Source: an uncultured Actinomycetes bacterium (GTDB taxonomy: Bacteria > Actinomycetota > UBA4738 > HRBIN12). From it: a stretch of DNA of 64,000 nt. The notes under the pieces are model-generated. The model saw only the letters and a list, made by a program, of their open reading frames with translations. It did not search any database and was not told the DNA's origin. Position numbers and translations under genes: made by a program. Positions 1 to 10,800 of this stretch are shown here, piece by piece (position 1 is the stretch's first letter; each line of letters begins with the position of its first letter). The stretch is from NCBI GenBank assembly GCA_963704885.1, contig CAVPIB010000001.1, positions 320,001 to 384,000 of the forward strand. Reading direction: 5' to 3'.

Positions 1-1
1 G

Positions 2-130
2 CGCACGATCCAGCAACTCGAGGAGTCGATGCACGCCATGGAGATCCGCCTGGATGCCGATGTCCTCAGGAAGCTCGACGAGATCTTCCCGGGACCGGGC
101 GGCGCCGCCCCCGAGGCCTACGCCTGGTAG
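2..130 (+). CDS. Aldo/keto reductase, C-terminal fragment (gene starts before the window)
   Basis: Frame 2 reads RTIQQLEESMHAMEIRLDADVLRKLDEIFPGPGGAAPEAYAW*, a typical C-terminus of actinobacterial aldo/keto reductases; TAG at 128-130. Confidence 0.7.
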   Translation, partial: RTIQQLEESMHAMEIRLDADVLRKLDEIFPGPGGAAPEAYAW

Positions 131-912
131 TCGAACCCCAGGGCCGATTCGATCTCGCGAGCCGCAGCCACGACCGCCGAGGAGTATCGCTTGGCGTCCA
201 GGCGACGGATACGTGACGTCGGTCCCGATATCGACACGGCAGCGATGACCTCGCCTCGCGGGCCGTGAACGGCGGCGCTCACCGATCCGACGCCGGCTTG
301 GCGCTCGCCTGCGCTCACCGCCCACCCCTGTCGGCGAGCGGTGGCGATCTGTCTGCGGAGCCGATCTTCGATCGGGGTTGCGGCCGTGAGCGCGCGCGCG
401 CGGCCGATGTGTTCCTCGGCCTGCTCGGGCAGCATCGCGGCGAGGAACACCTTGCCGGCCGACCCGGCCCAGAGCGGGAGCTCCTCGCCGATCGGCACGA
501 AAGTACGCAGCTCGCTGGAGGACTCGACGGCGTCGACGCAGACCCGGCCTTCGACCGACGTCACGAAGAGCTGAGCGCTCTCACCGGTCGCCGCGGCCAG
601 GCGCTCGAGCGCCGGGTGAGCGGCGTCTCGGAGGGAGGGTTCCTGCAAGGAGATCGCCGCGAGCTTCAACAGCCGTGGCCCCAACCGGTAGCCGCGCCCA
701 CCAACGTTCGCGAGCAGGCCGTGCGCCTCGAGGGACTTCAGCAGTCGGTGGGTTGTGGTGCGAGAAAGGCCCGTGGTTCGTACCACGGTTGCGTGCGTCC
801 TCGCTCCGTGCTCCACCGCGTCCAGGATCGCGACTGCCCGGTCGATCACGCCGACCTCGGTGTCCACGACCTGGCGCGCCCGGGTCGTGTCTGGTAGGGT
901 CGTGTTCCGCAT
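118..912 (-). CDS. IclR-family transcriptional regulator (NdgR/LtbR-like), divergent from leuCD
   Basis: N-terminal HTH (VGVIDRAVAIL...LSRTTTHRLL) and IclR effector domain (GSAGKVFLA, AVSISGP); start at ATG 912 chosen because a -10 hexamer lies 6 nt upstream; synteny with leuCD. Confidence 0.9.
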   Translation of the reverse strand: MRNTTLPDTTRARQVVDTEVGVIDRAVAILDAVEHGARTHATVVRTTGLSRTTTHRLLKSLEAHGLLANVGGRGYRLGPRLLKLAAISLQEPSLRDAAHPALERLAAATGESAQLFVTSVEGRVCVDAVESSSELRTFVPIGEELPLWAGSAGKVFLAAMLPEQAEEHIGRARALTAATPIEDRLRRQIATARRQGWAVSAGERQAGVGSVSAAVHGPRGEVIAAVSISGPTSRIRRLDAKRYSSAVVAAAREIESALGFDYQA

Positions 913-948
913 CTCGGTACTGTAGTTCCATATAGCGGAACACGTCAA
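904..948. promoter_or_regulatory. iclR promoter (TTGACG-18-TACAGT on minus strand) with two GTTCC-N7-GG(A/T)AC palindromic sites
   Basis: GTTCCGCATCTCGGTAC at 904-920 and GTTCCATATAGCGGAAC at 925-941; cgtcaa at 943-948 and actgta at 919-924. Confidence 0.55.
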
Positions 949-994
949 CCGGGCTGGTCGTCGAGCCGACCGGATCATGAGGAGGTCCGTCCCG

Positions 995-2386
995 ATGCCG
1001 CAGACGCTGGCCGAGAAGGTCTGGGAACGCCACGTGGTCCATCGGGCCGACGGTGAGCCCGATGTTCTCTACGTCGACCTCCACTTGGTGCACGAGGTGA
1101 CCAGTCCGCAGGCGTTCGACGGACTCCGCCTGCACGGACGCACCGTTCGCCGACCCGACCTCACCGTCGCGACCATGGACCACAACGTTCCGACGACAAC
1201 GGGACCCGTCACCGATCCCGTCTCGAAGCGGCAGATGGACGCGCTTTCGGCCAACGCTGGGGAGTTCGGCATCACGCTGTACCCGATGGGTTCGCCGGGC
1301 CAGGGGATCGTCCACGTGATCGGACCGGAGCAGGGCTACACGCAACCGGGGCTAGTGATCGTCTGCGGTGACTCGCACACCTCGACGCACGGGGCGTTCG
1401 GCGCGCTCGCGTTCGGGATCGGGACCTCGGAGGTCGAACACGTCCTGGCGACACAGACGTTGCCGCAGACCAAGCCGGGGACCATGGCGATCACGGTCGA
1501 TGGAGACCTGCCAAGAGGCGTCGTCGCGAAGGACATCATCCTCGGCATCATCCAGCGGATCGGCACCGGCGGCGGCGTGGGCCACGTCGTGGAGTACCGC
1601 GGTTCCGCCATCCGCGCCCTCTCCATGGAAGGGCGCATGACGATCTGCAACATGTCGATCGAGGCGGGCGCCCGCGCCGGCGTGGTCGCTCCTGACGACA
1701 CCACCTTCGCCTACGTGGAAGGGCGACCTCACGCCCCGACCGGTGGCAACTGGGAGGCCGCGCTCGACGAGTGGCGCGCGTTGGCTACGGACCCCGGAGC
1801 TGAGTTCGATCGCGAGATCACGCTCGACGCGACCGAGCTCCGTCCCTACGTCACCTGGGGCACGAACCCCAGCCAGAGCGTGACCATCGACGACACGGTG
1901 CCCCACCCCGAGGCATTCGACGACGGCGCCAAGCGCGAGGCTGCGGAACGCGCGCTCGCGTACATGGATCTCTCTCCGGGTACGCCCATCCGAGAGATCA
2001 GGCCCGACACGGTCTTCATCGGTTCGTGCACGAATTCGCGGATCGAAGACCTCCGTCTCGCGGCCGCCGTGGTCGGCCGCCGCCGCGTAGCCGACGGTCT
2101 GCGAGCCCTTGTCGTTCCCGGCTCGTTCGCGGTGAAAGAGCAGGCCGAAAGCGAGGGCCTTGACCGGGTGTTCACCGATGCCGGGTTCGAGTGGCGCGGC
2201 GCGGGCTGCTCCATGTGTCTGGGAATGAACCCAGACATCCTGTCGCCGGGGGATCGGAGCGCCAGCACGAGCAACCGCAACTTCGAGGGGCGGCAGGGTA
2301 AGGGCGGTCGGACGCACCTGGTCAGCCCGGCCGTCGCTGCCGCCACCGCGATCGCCGGCCACTTCTGCACCCCGGAGGATCTCTAG
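995..2386 (+). CDS. leuC: 3-isopropylmalate dehydratase large subunit
   Basis: [32 protein letters not shown] and [12 protein letters not shown] motifs; GGAGG RBS before ATG 995. Confidence 0.97.
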   Translation: MPQTLAEKVWERHVVHRADGEPDVLYVDLHLVHEVTSPQAFDGLRLHGRTVRRPDLTVATMDHNVPTTTGPVTDPVSKRQMDALSANAGEFGITLYPMGSPGQGIVHVIGPEQGYTQPGLVIVCGDSHTSTHGAFGALAFGIGTSEVEHVLATQTLPQTKPGTMAITVDGDLPRGVVAKDIILGIIQRIGTGGGVGHVVEYRGSAIRALSMEGRMTICNMSIEAGARAGVVAPDDTTFAYVEGRPHAPTGGNWEAALDEWRALATDPGAEFDREITLDATELRPYVTWGTNPSQSVTIDDTVPHPEAFDDGAKREAAERALAYMDLSPGTPIREIRPDTVFIGSCTNSRIEDLRLAAAVVGRRRVADGLRALVVPGSFAVKEQAESEGLDRVFTDAGFEWRGAGCSMCLGMNPDILSPGDRSASTSNRNFEGRQGKGGRTHLVSPAVAAATAIAGHFCTPEDL

Positions 2387-2971
2387 ATGGAACCGATCAC
2401 CCTCGTGGACGGCACGGCACTCCCGCTCGACCGCTCAGACGTCGACACCGACCAGATCATCCCGGCCGAGTACCTCAAGCGCGTTGAGCGCACGGGCTTC
2501 GGACCGTTCCTGTTCGCGGAGTGGCGGAAGGACCCGGGTTTCGTGTTGAACGACGTGCGTTACGCGGGCGCGTCGATCCTGTTGGCGGGCGAGAACTTCG
2601 GTTGCGGTTCCAGCCGGGAGCACGCTCCGTGGGCGATCGAGGACGCCGGGTTCAGGGCGATCGTAGCTCCGAGCTTCGCGGACATCTTCCGGAACAACTG
2701 CACCAAGATCGGCTTGCTGCCGGTCGAGCTTCGAGCCGAAAGCGTGCGCGCGTTGATGGACGCGGTGCTCGACGATCCAACGACCCGGATCATCGTCGAC
2801 CTGGATCGGCTCGTGGTGCGGACGCCGGGGATCGACGAGGTGTTCGACATGGAGGCCTACACACGCTGGCGCCTGATGGAAGGGCTCGACGATATCGGGC
2901 TCACTCTCCGTCACGAGGCCGCCATCACCGCGTACGAGTCGACCCGCCAGGACTGGCTCCCGACCGCATAG
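2387..2971 (+). CDS. leuD: 3-isopropylmalate dehydratase small subunit
   Basis: DTDQIIP, NFGCGSSREHA and FADIFRNN motifs; directly abuts leuC. Confidence 0.97.
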   Translation: MEPITLVDGTALPLDRSDVDTDQIIPAEYLKRVERTGFGPFLFAEWRKDPGFVLNDVRYAGASILLAGENFGCGSSREHAPWAIEDAGFRAIVAPSFADIFRNNCTKIGLLPVELRAESVRALMDAVLDDPTTRIIVDLDRLVVRTPGIDEVFDMEAYTRWRLMEGLDDIGLTLRHEAAITAYESTRQDWLPTA

Positions 2972-2977
2972 ATGCCG

Positions 2978-4309
2978 CTAGCGAGGGAGGCCGGCGCGAA
3001 GGATAGCGTCGTCGCGAGCCTCCATCGTTAGCTTCTCGAGCGCGTCGGAGCGACGCACCTGGACCGGCTCCGGATCGATGAGCCGCTTAGCCTCGGCGGG
3101 GAGGGCCGCGACATCCGTTCGGAACAGTGAGCCCATCTCGTCGAGCGACGGGGCAGGCCCGACGCGGGCGCCGCTCCGCATCGCCGGCTCGAGCATCGAT
3201 GCCAAGGACTCGGTCGGCGGCGGTTCATCGCGGAGGGTCAGGATGTCGCCGTCGGGTCCTCGCCATACCTGCTTGGCGCCCGGCGCCGTCTCCTTGCCCG
3301 TCGAGAGCTTGAGCACCGGGCGACCTCCGGTTTCGACCAGCTTGTAGACCGAGTCGATGTAGGGCGCGTCGGCCGAGACCCCCATCTGGGTCCCGATCCC
3401 GAACGCATCGACGGGTGCGCCGTCGCGCACGAGCGTTTCGACCTCCAGCTCGTCCAGGCCCCCGCTCGCGAAGATCTGCGCGCTCTGCAGGCCGGCGTCG
3501 TCGAGCAGTTGCCTCGCCTCCCGCGACAGGTGGTCCAGGTCTCCGCTGTCGAGCCGTACGCCGATCCCATGCGACAGCCCCAGCTCGCGGATCACGTCGA
3601 TCGCTGCGCGAACGCCGTTCAGGGTGTCGTACGTATCCACCAGGAACGTGGTCCGATCCGGGTGATCCTGGGCGAACGCCCGGAAGGCGTCGCTCTCTGT
3701 CGGGAACGCCTCCACGAACGAATGCGCCATCGTCCCCGCCGCTCGCAGTCCGTATCGCCGAGCGGCTTCCACGTTCGATGTGGCATCGAACCCGACGATC
3801 GCGCTCGCGCGAGCCACGGCCATCGCCGCCTCCCGCCCGTGGGTCCTGCGGAACGCGAAGTCCACCAGGCCTCGGTCCGGCGCCGCGATCCGGTACCGCG
3901 CGGCCTTCGACGCGAGCGTGGTGTGGAGCGTCACCTGGTTAAGAAGGAGGGTCTCGACCAGCTGCGCTACGGGCAGGGATGCCGTGATCTCGAGGATCGG
4001 CTCTTCCGCGTGAACGAGCCGGCCCTCGGGGACGGCCCACACGTCGCCGTCGAACCTCACGCCGCGGAACGCTTCGACATCGCGCTCCTCGAAGCCGATC
4101 GTCGGCAGGTACTCGAGGTCCTCCTCGTCGAACCCGAAAGCCTCGAGCGCGTCCAGGCAGGCCTCGAGGCCGGCCGCGACCAGGAACCCGCGGTTCGGCG
4201 GGAGCCTGCGGACGAAGAGGCTGAACGTCGCGGGATCGGTCATCCCACGCCGCAGGTAGCTCGCGGCCATGTTCAGCTCGTAGAGGTCTGTGAGGAGCGC
4301 CCCGGGCAT
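2978..4309 (-). CDS. pncB: Nicotinate phosphoribosyltransferase
   Basis: LLTDLYELNM, GTMAHS (phospho-His), LVDTYD, GVRLDSGD and FASGGLDE motifs. Confidence 0.93.
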   Translation of the reverse strand: MPGALLTDLYELNMAASYLRRGMTDPATFSLFVRRLPPNRGFLVAAGLEACLDALEAFGFDEEDLEYLPTIGFEERDVEAFRGVRFDGDVWAVPEGRLVHAEEPILEITASLPVAQLVETLLLNQVTLHTTLASKAARYRIAAPDRGLVDFAFRRTHGREAAMAVARASAIVGFDATSNVEAARRYGLRAAGTMAHSFVEAFPTESDAFRAFAQDHPDRTTFLVDTYDTLNGVRAAIDVIRELGLSHGIGVRLDSGDLDHLSREARQLLDDAGLQSAQIFASGGLDELEVETLVRDGAPVDAFGIGTQMGVSADAPYIDSVYKLVETGGRPVLKLSTGKETAPGAKQVWRGPDGDILTLRDEPPPTESLASMLEPAMRSGARVGPAPSLDEMGSLFRTDVAALPAEAKRLIDPEPVQVRRSDALEKLTMEARDDAILRAGLPR

Positions 4310-4314
4310 GCGCG

Positions 4315-4321
4315 TAGGCTA
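4315..4321. promoter_or_regulatory. Bidirectional -10 element (TAGGCT on top / TAGCCT on bottom) between divergent genes
   Basis: TAGGCTA at 4315-4321 lies 6 nt from pncB ATG (4309) and 8 nt from ATG 4329; no Shine-Dalgarno in the 19-nt gap. Confidence 0.55.
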
Positions 4322-4328
4322 CACACCG

Positions 4329-4682
4329 ATGCCCGAGGGGAAGTACGACCGGTTCATGGAGCTCGCGGCGGAGGCGGTCGACGGCTTGCCTCCGTGGGTC
4401 CACGAGGTCATGGACAACGTCGAGGTCTTCGTGGAGGATCGCCCACCGGCCGACGAGCCGACGCTACTCGGTCTGTATCACGGGATCCCGCTTTCCGAGC
4501 GAGGCGGGAACTACTCGGGGACGTTGCCCGACCACATCACCCTTTACCGCCTGCCGATCGAACGGCTGGCGCGGGGGAGTGACGATCGGCTCCGCCGGAT
4601 CATCGCTCACACCGTGGCGCACGAGGTGGCGCACCACCTCGGGATCAGCGACGACCGCCTGCGTGAGATCGGAGCGTACTAG
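4329..4682 (+). CDS. Zincin-like metallopeptidase family protein (DUF1025-type)
   Basis: LLGLYHGIPL, PDHITLYR and HEVAHHLG (HExxH) motifs. Confidence 0.88.
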   Translation: MPEGKYDRFMELAAEAVDGLPPWVHEVMDNVEVFVEDRPPADEPTLLGLYHGIPLSERGGNYSGTLPDHITLYRLPIERLARGSDDRLRRIIAHTVAHEVAHHLGISDDRLREIGAY

Positions 4683-4685
4683 TCC

Positions 4686-5148
4686 GTGTCGGACTACTCG
4701 GGGCTCGACGAACCGATGATGCGTGCCGCGCTCGAGGCCGCCGCCGAGTGCGATCTCTCGAGCGATGTTCCTGTCGGCGCCGTCGTGGCACGCGGTGCCG
4801 ACGTCCTAAGCGCGGCAGGCAACGCACGCGAACGGCTACGTGATCCCACCGCTCACGCGGAGATCCTGGCGCTGAGAGAGGCCAGCCGCGTCGCTGGGAT
4901 CGTGGCGGCTGGACGGTTGCACGCTGTACATCACGCTCGAGCCGTGCGCCATGTGCGCCGGCGCGATCGTCCTGGCGCGTGTGGACCGAGTGGTGTTCGG
5001 CGCGCCGGATCCGAAGGCGGGGTTCGCGGGTTCGCTCGGCGATCTGTTGCGTGACGGACGCTTGAACCACCGCGCGGAGTTGACCGGCGGCGTGCTAGCG
5101 GATGAGTGCGGCGAGTTGTTGAAGGCCTTCTTCCGGGATAAGCGCTAG
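4686..5148 (+). CDS. tadA: tRNA adenosine(34) deaminase, split by a +1 frameshift at GGG 4896-4898
   Basis: DVPVGAV and DPTAHAEILALR in the first frame; WRLDGCTLYITLEPCAMCAGA in the second; removing one G joins them; adjacent to tRNA-Ser as in other actinobacteria. Confidence 0.9.
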
Positions 5149-5534
5149 CGCGCCATGCGTTCGCGGATCGCATCCTGTATGCGGGCGGCCACCTCAGGCA
5201 TCTCGGCGTCCATCGCTTCGAAGTCTCTCGCGAACATCACGATGGCCGTGACCGGAGTGGTGGCCACCACCGACGCCGTCCGGCGATCGTGCTCGACGAT
5301 CGCGATCTCGCCGCAGAAGTCGCCGGGACCCAGGTCCGTGATGTGCTGTCCGTCCTTCGTGATCGAGACCGTGCCTTCCTCGATCACGAAGAACTCGTGC
5401 GGGAAGCGACCTTGATCCATCAGGTGGTATCCGGCCGGCACGTCGACCTCGTCGGCCCATCGCGCGATCCTCTCCAGATCCTTGCGCGACAGGTCGGCGA
5501 AGAGCGGTATCGCCTTCAAGCGCTTCTGGTCCAC
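5145..5534 (-). CDS. Stand-alone cyclic nucleotide-binding domain protein
   Basis: IPLFADLS...GPGDFCGEIAIVEHDRRTASVVA phosphate-binding cassette; GTG start with GAGGAGG RBS. Confidence 0.88.
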   Translation of the reverse strand: MDQKRLKAIPLFADLSRKDLERIARWADEVDVPAGYHLMDQGRFPHEFFVIEEGTVSITKDGQHITDLGPGDFCGEIAIVEHDRRTASVVATTPVTAIVMFARDFEAMDAEMPEVAARIQDAIRERMAR

Positions 5535-5624
5535 CGAAACCTCCTCTCGTGCGGGTGCATCGTGCCACTTCGACGCGCCCGCCGTCACCTTGGCCCGCCG
5601 AGGTCGGTTGTTAGACTCGGCGAC

Positions 5625-5714
5625 GGAGGCGTGCCGGAGCGGACGAACGGGACCGCCTCGAAAGCGGTTAGGGGTCTAAACCGCCCCTCGCGTGTTCAAA
5701 TCACGCCGCCTCCG
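5625..5714 (+). tRNA. tRNA-Ser(CGA)
   Basis: Acceptor GGAGGCG/CGCCTCC+G, anticodon arm ACCGC-CTCGAAA-GCGGT, long variable arm, T arm GCGTG-TTCAAAT-CACGC; TAGACT -10 at 5612-5617; CCA not encoded. Confidence 0.93.
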
Positions 5715-5720
5715 CTCTTT

Positions 5721-5745
5721 CGGGCGGGCCCTTCGGGCCCGCCCG
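5721..5745. terminator. GC-rich hairpin downstream of tRNA-Ser(CGA)
   Basis: CGGGCGGGCCC-TTC-GGGCCCGCCCG perfect inverted repeat between convergent transcription units. Confidence 0.65.
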
Positions 5746-5796
5746 TCTGCATCAGATCGGTCTCACGCCAGCCCGCCGCAGATCCCAAGCCGCTGG

Positions 5797-7038
5797 CTAG
5801 AAGCGGTCGGGACGGAAGGGCTCCAGTGAGACTGACGATGGTGTCCCGGTCGCGAGCTCGGCGACCAGCTTGCCGGTCGCGGGGGACTGCGTGAACCCGA
5901 GCGTTCCGTGGCCGGCCGCAACGATGACCCCGTCCACCCCCGGGACCCATCCGATGGCGGGCAGGTCGTCGGGCATGAGCGGGCGGAAGCCGAACCAAGC
6001 CTCGCCGTCGTCGGCCGGGGCGTTCCGCATGGCTGCACGCCCGGCGCGGACGACTGCGTCGTAGCGCCGAGCGTCCGGCGCCGTGCGGAACCCGGCCAGC
6101 TCGAGCGTCCCGGCGAAGCGCACGCGATCCCCGAGCGGCAGCACGACCACGTGGGACTCGTCGAGCATGATGGGCGACGAAGGTGCACCCTCCCAGGCCG
6201 GGATGGTGCAGCTGTAGCCAGTCGCGGGCTGGATCGGCAGATGGAGCCCGAGCGGCGCTGTGAGCGAAGGTGTCCAGGCCCCCGCGGCCAGCACCACGAG
6301 GTCGGCGGGAACCTCCTCGCCGGAGGCCGTCAGCACGCCGGTCGCCCGACCGCCGCTGACCAACACGCGCTCAGTGGGCGTTGTAGTTCGAACAGGCACT
6401 CCGCGTCGGGCGAGCCCGTCCGAGAGCGATCGGACGTAAGCCCAGCAGTCACCGGAACCTTGATCATCGATCAGGAGCGCGCCAAGGACGGCTGACGAGA
6501 GCGCCGGCTCGAGTTCGAGCACCTCATCCTGCTCGAGCACACGCGCATCGAAACCCAGGTCGTACAGCTCGTCACAGGACGCCAGCGCTCGCCCTTGCCA
6601 GCCGTCCGACATGTACGCGTTCAACAACGCTCCGCGGCGAAAGCCGAAGTCGACCTCCCCGTCGCTCTGGAGCACCTCGAACAGGTCGAGGCTGAGCCGG
6701 CTGAGCTCGGTAAGAGCTCCGGTCGCCCGCCGATAGAGCTCCGGCGTGCACGAGCGGCGGAACGTCAGCAGCCAACGCGCCAGGGCCGGGTCCGGGCGGG
6801 GGCGGATGGTGAAGGGGCCGTCGCGACGCATCAGGTGCCGCAGCCCTTCGCGGATCACGCCCGGGGCAGGGAGCGCGTTCGAGTGGCCGGGAACGATCAA
6901 ACCGGCGTTGGCGAAAGAACAGCCGCCTGCGATCTTGCCGCGCTCCAGGATCGTTACGTCGAGGCCCGCCTCGGCGAGGTGGTGCGCGCACGCTACGCCG
7001 ATAGCGCCGCCGCCGACGACCACTGCACGCTCGCCCAC
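5797..7038 (-). CDS. FAD-dependent D-amino acid dehydrogenase/oxidase (DadA family)
   Basis: VVVGGGAIG Rossmann motif, SFANAG, WFGFRPLMPDDLPAIG and GHGTLGFT. Confidence 0.88.
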   Translation of the reverse strand: MGERAVVVGGGAIGVACAHHLAEAGLDVTILERGKIAGGCSFANAGLIVPGHSNALPAPGVIREGLRHLMRRDGPFTIRPRPDPALARWLLTFRRSCTPELYRRATGALTELSRLSLDLFEVLQSDGEVDFGFRRGALLNAYMSDGWQGRALASCDELYDLGFDARVLEQDEVLELEPALSSAVLGALLIDDQGSGDCWAYVRSLSDGLARRGVPVRTTTPTERVLVSGGRATGVLTASGEEVPADLVVLAAGAWTPSLTAPLGLHLPIQPATGYSCTIPAWEGAPSSPIMLDESHVVVLPLGDRVRFAGTLELAGFRTAPDARRYDAVVRAGRAAMRNAPADDGEAWFGFRPLMPDDLPAIGWVPGVDGVIVAAGHGTLGFTQSPATGKLVAELATGTPSSVSLEPFRPDRF

Positions 7039-7122
7039 GCCGACAGCCTACGGTCCGAACGTTCCCGCCGAGCCCGTCGGTCTACCGGCTCATGGGAGCT
7101 GGAGGCCCTAGCATGGAGCCGG

Positions 7123-7668
7123 ATGCTTCCCCGCAGGTCGGTCTCCGTGCTCCTCATCGCTGCGACCGCCTCGCTATGGCTGGCGCCGTCCGCTTCGGCG
7201 GGGATCCAAGCGGGTCGCTATGCGGTCGGGGATTCGGTGATGCTCGGCGCCCGCGACGAGCTGCGGGCCGGTGGGTTCGTCGTCGACGCTGTGGAGAGCC
7301 GGCAGTACTACCAGGCTGCGGCGGTCGTCCGACGGAAGGCGGCGAACGGGCATCTCCCCTTGAACGTGATCGTCCATGTGGGCACGAACGGCCTGCTGGA
7401 GGGCGTGGATTGCGATCGTGTGGTGAGGGCGGCGGGCGCTCGCCGCCGCGTGTTCCTGGTGACACTCAAGGTGCCGCGTCCCCATCGCGAGCCGAACAAC
7501 GCCCGGCTGCGCGCCTGCGCCCGCCGTCACGTCAACGCGTCGGTGATCGATTGGTACGGGCACAGCCGCCGCCATGCCGCGTGGTTCTACAGCGACGGCT
7601 TCCATCTCACGCCGGCCGGGCAGCGGGCTTACGCGGCCTTCATCGACCGGAGCGTGGACGCCGCCTGA
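7123..7668 (+). CDS. Secreted SGNH/GDSL hydrolase resembling the OatA/YrhL C-terminal domain
   Basis: Signal peptide (...LWLAPSASA), GDSVM, HVGTNG and DGFHL blocks. Confidence 0.75.
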   Translation: MLPRRSVSVLLIAATASLWLAPSASAGIQAGRYAVGDSVMLGARDELRAGGFVVDAVESRQYYQAAAVVRRKAANGHLPLNVIVHVGTNGLLEGVDCDRVVRAAGARRRVFLVTLKVPRPHREPNNARLRACARRHVNASVIDWYGHSRRHAAWFYSDGFHLTPAGQRAYAAFIDRSVDAA

Positions 7669-7698
7669 GGAGCTTGCGGTCCCCGCTAGACTCGTCGC

Positions 7699-7788
7699 GG
7701 TGGCCTGCCCGAGCGGCCTAAGGGGCACGCCTGGAAAGCGTGTAGGGGGGCAACTCCCTCGCGGGTTCAAATCCCGCGGCCACCGCCA
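7699..7788 (+). tRNA. tRNA-Ser(GGA)
   Basis: Acceptor GGTGGCC/GGCCACC+G+CCA, anticodon arm CACGC-CTGGAAA-GCGTG, long variable arm, GGTTCAAATCC; TAGACT -10 at 7687-7692. Confidence 0.95.
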
Positions 7789-7803
7789 GAGATCGATCGT
7801 CGG

Positions 7804-10800
7804 CTACGCGCGAGTCATGCGTTCACGCGTCTCGGCCGCGTGCCAGTCCATGCCCATGGCCTCGAACCGCGCGATCGCCTGAGCGAGCAGATCGTCGTCC
7901 TCGCGGGCGAACCCTAAGCCTCGAAGGGCGAACGGCTCGACGTAGGCTCCAGGCTTGACGAGCGCCGGTGCCTCCTCTTTCGATCTCCGACCGCCGTCCC
8001 ACCAGGACGAGGGCATCGAGCCTCGCGACCTGCCCGTCGAAGTCTTCGAATCCCTCTGGGCTCCATGTACCCAGCTTCCGTTCGACCTCATCCAGATCGC
8101 CTCGGGCGACGGCGATCAGGACCCGGATGGGTTCCACCAGGAAGACGTAGCCCTCGAAGCCGAGATCGGCAGCCTGCCCTTCGAGACGCCTCGCACCGGG
8201 TTCGTCGCCCAGATGAACGGACGAGAGCGCGCATGTGAGATGCGACGTGAGGCTCAGCACACAGGGGGTCGATAGGTTCGCTGCGACCGCCGCCTCCGCC
8301 CGCGGCGTGAGGTCGCGAACCGCGTCCCATCGACCGGCCATCGCTTCGACGCGGATGAATCCCCACGCGGCGTGCAAGCGATGATGCGTCGACAGGTTGC
8401 TCGTCACGCCGTCGTTGGCCTCGGCGAGCATCCGAGCTTCGTCGAGCTCGCCGGCTGCGATGAACGCGGGCACCGAGTACCCGTAGATCAAGGAGATGTG
8501 GTCGAGGTCGGTCAGCGACGGCACGAGCTCCAGGCGGCGTCGCGCCCACGTGGCGGCTTCGCCGTACTCGCCGCGCGCGGAAGCGAGCGAGGCACGCGCC
8601 TCTAGGCCGAACGACTGCAGCTCGAGATCGTCCAGTCGGTTCGCGATCTCACAAGCCTCGTCCACGAGATCGGATGACGCCAAGGGGTCTTCGAACGACC
8701 GCGCCATGAGCGCCTTGGCCCGCGCTGGGCTTCCGGGCACGGCGAGTTCAAGGGCTTGCCCGATCCACGCCTCGATGAGGTCATCATCAAGTCGACGCTT
8801 CCACATCCCTCCCCGCAGCGACGATTGGAAGGCGAGCTCCGCGTACACATCGGCATCGGCACCGCGATCGTCCGATGACGACAACGCTTCCAGCATCGCC
8901 ACTCGGAAGCCCTCACCGTCGAACTTGAGGATGTTGGCGCGGCCGATCTGCCGCCAGAGCGATGCTCGTCGTTCGTCATCCGCCTCGAGTCCGAGGGCTC
9001 GATGCAGTAGCGCCAACCCGTCGTCGATCTCCATCCTGCCGATCGAGAGCTCGGCTGCCCGGAGGAGCCAAGTGAGCGCATCCGCCCTGAGCTCCTCGAG
9101 CGCCGCCTCGTCACCCGACCACGCGAGGTCGGCGTCCTCGGGCGCTACCGCCGCCGCAAGGTGATGGGCCAGGACCGACGCGAGCTCGTCTGATGCCCCC
9201 ACCGTCCGCTCGAGCCATCGGGCGAAGGCCGCGTGCATGTGCGCCCGACTAGCTTTCGGAAGGCTCGCGTACGCGACCTCGCGGGTGAGCGCGTGCTTGA
9301 TCGCGTATTCGCGATCCCCCTCGATCGTGGAGCCGGCTCTGCGCCGGATGAGGTCGCGCTCCTCGAGGATCCCCAGGTCCGGTTCCGCCTCGTCCACCAG
9401 GTCGTAGACGGGCCCCGCCCAGAAGATCCGCCCGATCACCGAGGCGGCCTGCAGCGCATGCTTCTCCGCGGGTTCGAGCAGGTCGATCCGAGCGGCGACG
9501 ACCGCCTGCACAGTATCCGGCACCGAGAAGTCTGAGGGCAGCTCGGCCAGTGTCCAGGACCCGTTGCTGCGCATCAGCAGTCCGCGATCGAGCAACGTGC
9601 CGAGGACCTCTTCGACGAAGAACGGGTTCCCCTCGGCTCGCTGGATGACCACTTCGCGCAGGCCGGTTGGGAGCGTGCCTCCCAGCAGTTCGTCGAGCAT
9701 CCCGGCGGCGTCGTCCGTCGAGAGTGCCTCGAGTGGGATCGTCTCACCGGGGACCCGCGCGCCCCATCCCGGTCGCCGGTCGACGTACTCCGGCCGCGCG
9801 GTGGCGATTATCAGTAGGGGCTCGGTCACGTCGCGGAGGATCCGTTCCAGGAGATCGAGCAACGGCTCCTCGCCCCAGTGGATGTCCTCTATGAGCATGA
9901 CCGTGGTCCGCTGCGAGGCGACCTCCCCTAGGAAGTCGACCCAGGCGTCCTGGAACCGATCCCGAGCAGCGAGGGGGTGAAGGTCCTGTGCCACGTCCAG
10001 CCCGAACGTGAGCCCGAGGATCTTCCGCGAGCCGAGTCGCGTGAGCGCCACCGACGGCGGATCGCTCTCGAGGATCCGGAGGTGCTCCCTGAGCACCTCC
10101 GCCAGAGGCCAGTAAGCGACGCCCTTGCCGTAGGAAAGGCACCGCCCGGTCCTACGGAACGGTTCCGGCGAGCGAGCGCCCAAACGTTCCCAGAACTCGC
10201 GAACGAGGCGGGTCTTCCCTACGCCTGCGTCCCCCAGGATGGTCACGAGCCGTGGCTCCCGGAGGCTCTCGACCTGCTCATACGCCTGCTCGAGCGACCG
10301 CATCTGCTCGTCTCGACCGACGAACGCCTGGCCCAGGCCCGAGACGCCGCGAGGGCGCATGAGCGACAGCGCCCGCAAGAGTCGCCGACACTCCACGCCG
10401 TCGGGTTTGCCCTTCGCTTCGATCGTCTGCGGCTCGGCGAACTCGAACGCGCCGCGAACGGCGGATACCGTCCTCTCGCCGACCAAGATGTCGCCTGGCT
10501 CGGCTGCCTGTTCCAGGCGGGCGGCGACGTTGACGGGGTCTCCGGTGACGAACGAGCTCCCCTCACGCGGTCTGCCCACGACGACATCACCCGTGTTGAC
10601 CCCGATGCGCAGGGCGAGCGCTTCCCCGAAGAGCTCCCCCAGGCGGTGCTGCATCGCGAGTGCGGCATGAAGGGCTCGCTCCGCGTGATCCTCCAGCGAA
10701 GTGGGCGCGCCGAACGCTGCCATCACCGCGTCACCGACGAACTTCTCGATCGTGCCGCCGGCGGCCTCGATCTCTTGGGTCATGGCGTCGTAGAAGCGCT

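Noticed and set aside
4686-5148. tadA as a true pseudogene or programmed frameshift
   Set aside because: A single-base indel in a homopolymer, with the same pattern in two other genes and all catalytic motifs intact, favours a sequencing artefact
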